DNA of 64,000 bases from a bacterium. GTDB lineage: Bacteria; Patescibacteriota; Patescibacteriia; JACPHY01. Positions 19,780-27,106 of the stretch are shown here, one piece after another (the stretch's first letter is position 1; every line of letters starts with the position of its first letter). The stretch lies in the NCBI GenBank assembly GCA_030646955.1, contig JAUSKM010000035.1, positions 3,944 through 67,943 on the forward strand. Direction: 5' to 3'. The notes below the pieces were generated by a model. The model was not told where the DNA came from. It ran no database searches and worked only from the letters and a program-made list of their open reading frames with translations. The translations under genes were made by a program, and so were the position numbers.

Positions 19780-19841
19780 CTCAAGGGTAGAGCAGTGCGC
19801 TGTTAACGCATTGGTTGCAGGTTCGAATCCTGCCCGCGGAG
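19770..19841 (+). tRNA. tRNA-Asn (GTT); CCA not encoded
   Basis: Acceptor TCCGCGG/CCGCGGA, D arm gctc/gagc, anticodon arm gtgcg-ctGTTaa-cgcat, GTTCGAATC T-loop. Confidence 0.96.
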
Positions 19842-19871
19842 CAGAGGGTTGTACGTCGAGAGCGCATCATG

Positions 19872-19909
19872 CAATACCCACCGGACAGACGTCCGGTGGG
19901 TATTGTTTT
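19872..19909 (+). terminator. Intrinsic terminator after tRNA-Asn
   Basis: caatacccaccggac-agac-gtccggtgggtattg followed by TTTT. Confidence 0.75.
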
Positions 19910-19992
19910 CAGGCACGAGAAAGCACCTGCCGTAGCAGGTGCTCAGGGGAGACGTTGTCACAGGTGGTGCAGCGTGCGTTGCGCGGTCACCC

Positions 19993-20682
19993 TCAGGCAT
20001 TGGGCGCGTGAGAGATCTCGCCGGGGAAGCACCGCTGGAATTCCGCCGGAAGGAACTGCGTTTTCTCCGGAATGCTCATGGTGCTGCTGGGCGTGTAGTC
20101 GCTGCTCGATGCATTTGCGGCGTTGCCGCGGTTGCTCATCGTACGCGACGCGCGCTCGCGAGTGGAGGCTTCGGCACTCGTCAATCTCTCTGCATCGCCA
20201 TCCGCGTCCTCGATGCGCTGGATTTCGGATCTGATGGCCTCGTAGCGCGCGCTTGCCGCCTCGATGGTTTTGCCGGCCGCGAGTGCGTCCAACTTCGCCT
20301 TGGAGATGTTGCGCTCATGGGCCTTCTTCATCGCCACGAGCTGCCAACGGTAGTCGCGCTGCTCATTCCCCAGCGCCTCGATCACCGGGATGTCCAGCTC
20401 CTCCGTGATGCGGGTGAGCTCTGCGGCCGCTGCCCGGTAGATCTTCTTGGCCTCCTCGCACTCACCGCGTGCCGGCACGATGTCGACGAGTCGCAGCTGC
20501 TTCTCCAGCGTTACCCGGTACTGCTGCCGGGCCGTCTGGAACGTCTGCCCCTCGATACGGGGCGCTGCCTTCTGCTGCGGTGCTGCCGTCGCCGAGGACG
20601 TGCTTGCCGGAGCAGCAGTAGTTTTTTCCGCCTCAGCGATGCCCGTTCCGAGCAGCACCGCCAACATAATCATCACGCGCAT
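19993..20682 (-). CDS. Hypothetical secreted helical/coiled-coil protein
   Basis: Signal peptide ending IAEA; AAGGAGG SD; 229 aa. Confidence 0.7.
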   Translation of the reverse strand: MRVMIMLAVLLGTGIAEAEKTTAAPASTSSATAAPQQKAAPRIEGQTFQTARQQYRVTLEKQLRLVDIVPARGECEEAKKIYRAAAAELTRITEELDIPVIEALGNEQRDYRWQLVAMKKAHERNISKAKLDALAAGKTIEAASARYEAIRSEIQRIEDADGDAERLTSAEASTRERASRTMSNRGNAANASSSDYTPSSTMSIPEKTQFLPAEFQRCFPGEISHAPNA

Positions 20683-21039
20683 AGCGCCTCCTTGGAATCG
20701 TTTGTTGCTCGATTTTCCGAAAGGACGCGCCGTCTAGGAGCGTGCGATGTGGGATACGAATCCCTCCGGCTGTGTGCCATTGCACGGCAGCCAGATTGTA
20801 CATCGCCGTCTCCCTACCCTCGTGAGCGTCGTAGATGTATACGGTGCTCGCGAGGGTAGGGATGATTGCCGGACGCATGGATGATGGAAGGAGCGACCAC
20901 AGTCATTAAGGTGCATACTCTATTGATAGCGCGCAGAGATGAAAGAACCATGAACAGGCATTCGGTGCTCGCAATGCACATCGTTGCATGGGGGTATGTA
21001 TGGTACAGTAAAGGCATCTGGATTGATACGTATTTTGCT

Positions 21040-21537
21040 ATGGAACAGCAACCGATACCCGCGCAATCGGCAGGCAAGCCGCGGCGCGCATGGAAGAAGT
21101 GGGTGGGTGCACTCGTCCTGCTCGCGCTTATCGCGTTCATTGCCTGGCAAGGCGTAGCTGAGGAGCCGCGTGCGGTGCCACAGGCGCTCGTCGGTACTGC
21201 GGTCATCCTTCGTGATCCGGCGGCAAGTGCGGCGTTGGGCGAGGCGGTGTCGTTCCGATGGGAAGTGCGCGCGCCCGTTGGTGCGTCCGCAGTACACACG
21301 GCAATCCATTGGGGCTCGGTGTCCGTTCCAGGTACCCTCGGGTATGAGGTCGCGCCCGATGCCACCGCGTACAGCGAGTTCCTTTCGGATTACGCGACGG
21401 GCCAGCATGCGCTCCCTCGCGAGTTCACCGGTGCCATCATTTTTCCGCAGCCCGGTACCTCCTTCCTCCGCGCTCACGCCGTCATTGACGGGGTCAATGT
21501 TTGGTCGCCGGAACATCAGATTGTCATTGAGGGGTGA
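21040..21537 (+). CDS. Hypothetical membrane-anchored beta-rich protein
   Basis: N-terminal TM; HTAIHWG, LRAHAVIDGVNVWSPE. Confidence 0.7.
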   Translation: MEQQPIPAQSAGKPRRAWKKWVGALVLLALIAFIAWQGVAEEPRAVPQALVGTAVILRDPAASAALGEAVSFRWEVRAPVGASAVHTAIHWGSVSVPGTLGYEVAPDATAYSEFLSDYATGQHALPREFTGAIIFPQPGTSFLRAHAVIDGVNVWSPEHQIVIEG

Positions 21538-21594
21538 GGATGCTTGACATCCGATCGGTCATGTGCAACAGTTGGTACAAGATGGGAGGGGACC

Positions 21595-21756
21595 ATGACC
21601 GTACTGAGCTGGCTCTTTGGGAGTGCGGTTGTTACGCTCGCCTATTGCATGTGGGAGGCAACGTATCGTTTTCCTGTGTGTCCGCAGTGCGGTGACAACG
21701 GGTGCGTACAATTTCACGGGAGGCCGATGTGTTTGCGCCACGGTGTCCTCCGCTGA
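21595..21756 (+). CDS. Small membrane protein with zinc-ribbon-like motif
   Basis: 53 aa; GGAGG SD; TM followed by CPQCG..C..C..H; TTGACA at 21544; hairpin at 21760-21784. Confidence 0.55.
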   Translation: MTVLSWLFGSAVVTLAYCMWEATYRFPVCPQCGDNGCVQFHGRPMCLRHGVLR

Positions 21757-21928
21757 TCCGGCGGCTCCTCTCTGGGGAGCCGCCTTCATATTGCGTTTGG
21801 TACACTGGCACCAGGAGAGCTTCTGGTTTTTGGTCCTGTGGCCAACGCGTTCCCTTGGGCGCAATTCAAAAAGCGCATGCGGGTGTAGTATAGTAGTATT
21901 CCGTTTCTCAGCGTTCCGTTTTTAGCGT

Positions 21929-22456
21929 ATGCGTAGCATGTCCTACGAAAAATCAGCAGGTGCCATTATTTACTGCATCAAGCAGGAGGAGGGGAAGCGG
22001 CCGGTGCCGTATTTTTTGCTGTTGCGTTATCCGGGCGGGTATTGGGAGTTCGCGCGGGGGCATATGGAAGAGGGCGAGCGTGAGCACGCGACGGCGAAGC
22101 GGGAAATCCAGGAGGAGACCGGACTCACGGGCCTCCAATTCCTTTCGGGTTTCCGCGAGCAGTATCGGTTCCATTTCAAGCGGAGCGGCAAGGCGATTAC
22201 GAAAGATGCCGTGCTCTACCTTGCGCAGGCCCCGCGCTGGCGCGTCCGCGTATCCGAGGAGCACTTTGGGTTCGCCTGGATGCCGTACAGCGACGCGCTC
22301 GCGCATCTGCATTTTGAGAATTCCAAGGATGTGCTTCAGAAAGCGCATGTATTTCTCCAGCGGCGTCGTAAGAGCGACAAAGAAAAGCAACCGCAGAACG
22401 GTTCACCCAAACGGAACGCGGCCGCGCACGGAGATGGCTCCACCAAACGGAGTTGA
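21929..22456 (+). CDS. NUDIX hydrolase, Ap4A-hydrolase-like
   Basis: EKSAGAI, Nudix box GHMEEGEREHATAKREIQEETG, SEEH. Confidence 0.9.
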   Translation: MRSMSYEKSAGAIIYCIKQEEGKRPVPYFLLLRYPGGYWEFARGHMEEGEREHATAKREIQEETGLTGLQFLSGFREQYRFHFKRSGKAITKDAVLYLAQAPRWRVRVSEEHFGFAWMPYSDALAHLHFENSKDVLQKAHVFLQRRRKSDKEKQPQNGSPKRNAAAHGDGSTKRS

Positions 22457-22492
22457 CGGCAACGGGCATGGTGCTATCATAGAACATACAGT

Positions 22493-22600
22493 ATGACGAA
22501 CACGTCGAGCGCATCCATGACGATGACCCGTTGGGTCGAGTTCCTCACGCATTACGCGAGAGGGGTGGTTGCGCGTGCACGGAATTCGTTCGAGCTATAA
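22493..22600 (+). CDS. Putative 35-aa leader peptide
   Basis: Starts 12 nt after TTGACG-N16-TATCAT; its 3' part is complementary to the downstream hairpin. Confidence 0.35.
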   Translation: MTNTSSASMTMTRWVEFLTHYARGVVARARNSFEL

Positions 22601-22699
22601 CGGAACATCCCGCACACCACAACGCCCCTCTCGGATACCGAGGGGGGCGTTGCCTTGTGTCGGGAGAGGGTTCTTTCCCAACAGGATCGGAGGTATGCC

Positions 22700-22894
22700 A
22701 TGCGTCGAATGCGTGCGGTGCGGCACAGCGCAATGCCGAACGATGTGGGTGATTGTGATGCGTTGGGTTGGCAGCAGAGCGATCGCTCGGATGCCATTGA
22801 CGGTGATGACGGAGCCGATGCGTTCGGCTGGTCTGGGGTGTCCTCGGACGAGCGGTGCGGTTCGGACGGTGATCGGTTCGATGATGTGCTGTAG
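22700..22894 (+). CDS. Small acidic hypothetical protein (frame uncertain; alternative 22695-23039)
   Basis: GGAGG 6 nt upstream; Asp/Gly-rich, 64 aa. Confidence 0.3.
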   Translation: MRRMRAVRHSAMPNDVGDCDALGWQQSDRSDAIDGDDGADAFGWSGVSSDERCGSDGDRFDDVL

Positions 22895-23010
22895 TTCCGT
22901 GAGTGGAGACGGTTGGAGGACGTGGGAAGGAATCCCGCGAACTTCTAGCCCAACCGTCTCCAATTCTCGGTATACCACGACGGAGGTGCTCCGTCGAGCA
23001 GGAGGATTGT

Positions 23011-23343
23011 ATGTGTTCGTTGTTGCATATCGTGTGTGAACCCATGGTGCGTGGTTGGGAGGATGTGGCGCACCATGGTGCGCACAGCACGCCGCGCGAT
23101 GATGCATTCTTCGCGGGGGCGTCCGTAAAGCGGGTGCGGGTTGCGCCGGGCATCACCGCGTACGTGGCGGAAGCCGCAGAGCGTGCGATCATCGTGGCCG
23201 CTCGTAGTATATCCGTGGCACATGTCGCGCTCGCGCGGCTGCCGGTACGCGGAGACATGATCCGTGCAGGGACGACGCACTACGTGGTGCGCGTCTCGAG
23301 TGATCCGTCGCTGCTGCCTCCTCGGGGTGCGCATCGCTGGTGA
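23011..23343 (+). CDS. Hypothetical protein
   Basis: GGAGG-N5-ATG; 110 aa. Confidence 0.45.
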   Translation: MCSLLHIVCEPMVRGWEDVAHHGAHSTPRDDAFFAGASVKRVRVAPGITAYVAEAAERAIIVAARSISVAHVALARLPVRGDMIRAGTTHYVVRVSSDPSLLPPRGAHRW

Positions 23344-23424
23344 TGCGGTACGGGGCTTGACAGGTTGCCGCAGGAGTGGTACGGTGCCCAGGCGCGGGAT
23401 GTTTTCTTGCGCCGAGGAGGTGCC

Positions 23425-24048
23425 ATGCTTCGACTGGTGTTCGCGATGCTCGCGCTTGCGGCCGCATCGTGCGGCAGCGGGCAGGGCATCCACGGGTGTA
23501 CGGCTGGTGCTCGGCAACAGGCCGTGCGGGTGCGCGAACGTATCACGCAGATTGCGTGGGGGAATGTGCATCGGCGAACGACCTCGCGTGAGCGCGTGGA
23601 TCCGCTCCGTGCTTCCGCGACGCCGCCTCCCGCACTGCGTCAGCTCTCGTGGCCGATCGAGACCCGCGGCGAGATCTCGTCCGTGTTTGGCGATTCGCGT
23701 CCTGGGCGGCGTCATCAAGGTGTAGACATTGCGATCAGATCCGGCACGCCCGTGCTTGCCGCCGCCGATGGCGTCGTCGTTGCATCCGGCTGGAACGGCG
23801 GCTACGGATCCACGATCCTCGTGGCGCACCGAAACGGCTACCGGACGCGCTACGCGCACTTGAGCACGCGGTTCGTCAGGATCGGCGATCGCGTCGCACG
23901 CGGCGCGGCCATCGGCACTATCGGGTCCACCGGCACATCGTCCGGGCCGCACCTGCACTACGAGGTGCTCCGCCACGGCAGGCCCGTGAACCCGCTCCTG
24001 TTCTACCATCTCCGCGAGCCAGCGCCCACGCTGCTCGCACGACGATGA
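23425..24048 (+). CDS. M23-family metallopeptidase, putative lipoprotein
   Basis: HQGVD, YAHL, GSTGTSSGPHLHYEV; lipobox-like LAAASC; TTGACA-N17-TACGGT at 23357. Confidence 0.9.
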   Translation: MLRLVFAMLALAAASCGSGQGIHGCTAGARQQAVRVRERITQIAWGNVHRRTTSRERVDPLRASATPPPALRQLSWPIETRGEISSVFGDSRPGRRHQGVDIAIRSGTPVLAAADGVVVASGWNGGYGSTILVAHRNGYRTRYAHLSTRFVRIGDRVARGAAIGTIGSTGTSSGPHLHYEVLRHGRPVNPLLFYHLREPAPTLLARR

Positions 24049-24059
24049 TTGCATTCCAG

Positions 24060-24088
24060 AGAGGGAGACCCACCAAGGGTCTCCCTCT
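24060..24088. terminator. Hairpin after the M23 gene
   Basis: agagggagaccc-accaa-gggtctccctct. Confidence 0.55.
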
Positions 24089-24332
24089 TCACTATTGTGT
24101 GTCTTATTCCGCCTTCCCAGGAGAGTCGTTTTTCTTGGCACTATTGCGATACTATTCAACTCCTGTCAGACAACAAACATCGTTCTTGACAACCGTGCGT
24201 CTTTCTGCTACTCTCAAGGGTCAATGGCCCGTGCAATACTGGGTCCATTGATCAGTTTTTTCTCAATTCATTTCGTATCGTTTTCGGTTTGTGCGGCAAT
24301 CCGATGGACGATCAACCTGAAAGGGGTATCCG

Positions 24333-26945
24333 ATGACATCGCTGATGTGGGCGCTCGCCGTGTGCTGCGGCGTTGCGCTCTGGTTCTTCGTCGGGGCAGT
24401 GTTCGGGCAGCTTGCGCCGGATCTGCAGGCGCGTATCTCGCAGTGGTGCAGTCACACCACCGATCGGCTTCGCGGCGGTGGACGTGCCGCGTTTGCGAGT
24501 GCGCTCGTGTGCCTGCGCGTCTTGGACGAGAAGGTACGCGCGCTCTGGCAGTTCGGACGAGAGCACCTCCCGTCCGACGTCGAAGCGCAGCGCGATCCCG
24601 ATGCCCCGCGGCAGAGTTCCGCGCGGCCGGACATGTCGGTTCCGCGTATCGTGTCGCGCGAGGAGCAGGACGACGATGTGCCAAACGCGTTCATCGTGCT
24701 CGTGATGACGTTGCTCTTCCTTGCGGCGGCTATCGGGAATTGGTTCCTCATGCGCGACATCGCGCCGGACCTCTTCTCGCTGTCGCAGGATGACCTCACC
24801 ACTGCCACCGGCGCGCTCCTCCTTGCAATCGCCTCGTTCGTCATCGTACTCGGCGAAGTGGGGAGCGGGTTTGCCGCGAAGTACGAGAGTCGGCGGCAGA
24901 AGTCCGCACGGATGGCATGGTTCATGTTTGCCATCTGCTACCTGGTGGAGCTTGCTGCTGGCGCACGGCGCGCAATTTCGTTCTTCGACGTGGGCGCGCC
25001 GATCAACGGTGTATCCCCGGATCTTCCGTCGAGCAACATCACGCACGCTGCGTTCTGGATTGGATTCGCTGCGGGTCTCCCGTGGCTGATCTTCTGCGCG
25101 AGCTACTACATGGAGCCCGCGTACAGCCGGTGGTTCGGGCCGTTCGTCCGTACGGTGGCAAGCGGGATTGGCAGCGCCATCCTCTGGATTGTCCGCAACA
25201 TCGGCCCCGCAACCATGGGGCTCGTGCGGGTGGCGATCGTGATTCTGGGTGTCGCAGTCCTGCTCGCCGCAACGATCGTGCTCGGCATCGGTCTCGTGGT
25301 GGCATCGGTCTTCCTGTTCGTGCTCGGCGCGGTACTCTACGCATTGAGTTTCGTGTTGGAGATTGTCATCGGCGTGCTGCAGATCGTACTGTGGTGTGTC
25401 ATCACCGTGCCGGCGGAGATCGTCGGTGCGCTCACCCGCGCCGTGCGCGGAAGACGAAGGGAGGAAGCGGTGAGCAATGTGGTGGATCTTGGGGGATCGC
25501 GTACGGAGCGGCCACCCGTCCGCAGGGGCAGTGGTCCCACCGGTACGGCCGCGCTGCTGGCCGCGTGTGGTCTCGCAGTGATGCAGGGCAACTGTGGTTC
25601 CGGGTCCACGTCCGGGGATTACGAGCAGGCATTCTGCGCGAATCCCGACATGACGTTCGAGACGGTAGCGGAGCAGGACCTCGCCATGGTGCAGATTCCG
25701 GAAGCGACGTTTCGGAAGATCGCGAACCCGGATCTGGTGGCCTACATCAACGATCACCACCAGGTGGTGCAGGTGGCGCATCCGAGCGTCCATGTGTGTC
25801 TGGCAGATCTCTCCGCGTCCGTGCGGTCCGAGCAGCTTCGTACCGCGGTGCTCCAGCATTGCGCAGAGATCGTCTCACGCGTGTCGGAGCAGCAGGGACC
25901 GGAGACGACGGGCGTGGTCATTCCCATCGTGGATGCGGGCGTGGCATCAGAGACGCCGTATGCTCTGATCGCGGGGGAGCGGATTCCGACGCGGTGTGCG
26001 ATCAACCCGCCGTTCCCGGAGCTGCACAACCTGAACACCACGGCGGGGCCGCAGGTCAAGCAGCGCAAGCAGTTCTTCGAGCAGGTGCTCGGCTGCTGCG
26101 ACCAGCGCGTCACTGCGCTGCAGACCGATATGGTGACGAAGCGGGGTGCCGTGAGCAGGACGTTCGTTACGCAGGTGATCACGGAGTTCCGTGGTGTCTC
26201 ACCGCAACGAACGGACATCTTTGCGAGCATCAAGTTCGCGGATGAGCTGATCGGGCGGATCGAGCAACAGCAGGGCGTGCACTTCGCGCAGCGGCGCATC
26301 TCGTTGGTGTCCGACCTGGAGGACGACGCGAACGGGTGCACGGTCACGGAAGATGCGGTGGCCTGTCCGGAGACGGTCTTCGCAATGCCAGCGGCGGTCT
26401 GCAAACATCGCGGTGACACGACGTGTCAGGCGTACCAGGTGCGTCAGGCCACGTTGGGCTCGCGCCAAAGCAGGACGTTCGTGCGGGACAAGCTGGTGCG
26501 CGAGCAGCGGGAGCAGGCGTGGGCGACGTTTTGGAGGGAGGCCGTCGGGGTCTCGTCCAGTACGTTCACCCCGCCGCCTGCGTTGGGTCAGGAACGTAGT
26601 GGTGCGCATCCGGAGCCGTCCGTCACTTTCGTGCCGTCACAGCCGCGTCCGGCACCGCCTCGCGCGGAGCCGGAACCGCAGCAGCCGGGCTGCGATACGT
26701 CCTCCATCGTCAGCAAGTACGATGCGATGCGGACGCGGATGCTCTCGCGCCAGGCGTGGAAGGCGTACGGCGATGCACTGGCCGCATGCGCGCCGGCTAC
26801 GGAGCCGTGGGGAGCGATCGGCGTCTCGCGCCAGGTCTACCAGGAAGAGTACGTCTTCCGTTTCCTGGGCAACGATATGGTACTCGGGGGGTGGTACGGG
26901 AGCGATGCGCCCCGGGCGTACGGTTCGCTTCAACGCGATTGGTGA
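24333..26945 (+). CDS. Large hypothetical protein: multi-TM N-half plus Cys-rich vWA-like extracytoplasmic domain
   Basis: 870 aa; many TM segments, then MIDAS-like VCLADLSAS...TDIF...LVSDLEDD; Pro-rich linker near the C-terminus. Confidence 0.75.
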   Translation: MTSLMWALAVCCGVALWFFVGAVFGQLAPDLQARISQWCSHTTDRLRGGGRAAFASALVCLRVLDEKVRALWQFGREHLPSDVEAQRDPDAPRQSSARPDMSVPRIVSREEQDDDVPNAFIVLVMTLLFLAAAIGNWFLMRDIAPDLFSLSQDDLTTATGALLLAIASFVIVLGEVGSGFAAKYESRRQKSARMAWFMFAICYLVELAAGARRAISFFDVGAPINGVSPDLPSSNITHAAFWIGFAAGLPWLIFCASYYMEPAYSRWFGPFVRTVASGIGSAILWIVRNIGPATMGLVRVAIVILGVAVLLAATIVLGIGLVVASVFLFVLGAVLYALSFVLEIVIGVLQIVLWCVITVPAEIVGALTRAVRGRRREEAVSNVVDLGGSRTERPPVRRGSGPTGTAALLAACGLAVMQGNCGSGSTSGDYEQAFCANPDMTFETVAEQDLAMVQIPEATFRKIANPDLVAYINDHHQVVQVAHPSVHVCLADLSASVRSEQLRTAVLQHCAEIVSRVSEQQGPETTGVVIPIVDAGVASETPYALIAGERIPTRCAINPPFPELHNLNTTAGPQVKQRKQFFEQVLGCCDQRVTALQTDMVTKRGAVSRTFVTQVITEFRGVSPQRTDIFASIKFADELIGRIEQQQGVHFAQRRISLVSDLEDDANGCTVTEDAVACPETVFAMPAAVCKHRGDTTCQAYQVRQATLGSRQSRTFVRDKLVREQREQAWATFWREAVGVSSSTFTPPPALGQERSGAHPEPSVTFVPSQPRPAPPRAEPEPQQPGCDTSSIVSKYDAMRTRMLSRQAWKAYGDALAACAPATEPWGAIGVSRQVYQEEYVFRFLGNDMVLGGWYGSDAPRAYGSLQRDW

Positions 26946-26960
26946 ACGATGTGCTTTCTT

Positions 26961-26995
26961 GAGGGGCGGTCCATGTGACCGCCCCTCTTCTTTTT
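26961..26995 (+). terminator. Intrinsic terminator
   Basis: gaggggcggtc-catgt-gaccgcccctc followed by a T-rich tail. Confidence 0.75.
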
Positions 26996-27106
26996 GCTCT
27001 TTTTGTGTGCGATTCTTCATAGCTGCTTCACTTGACATCGATGGCGTTTTGTGGTACGGTCGAGGCGGATCTTTCATATCTCAACAGCGAGAGAAGGAGA
27101 TTGGTA

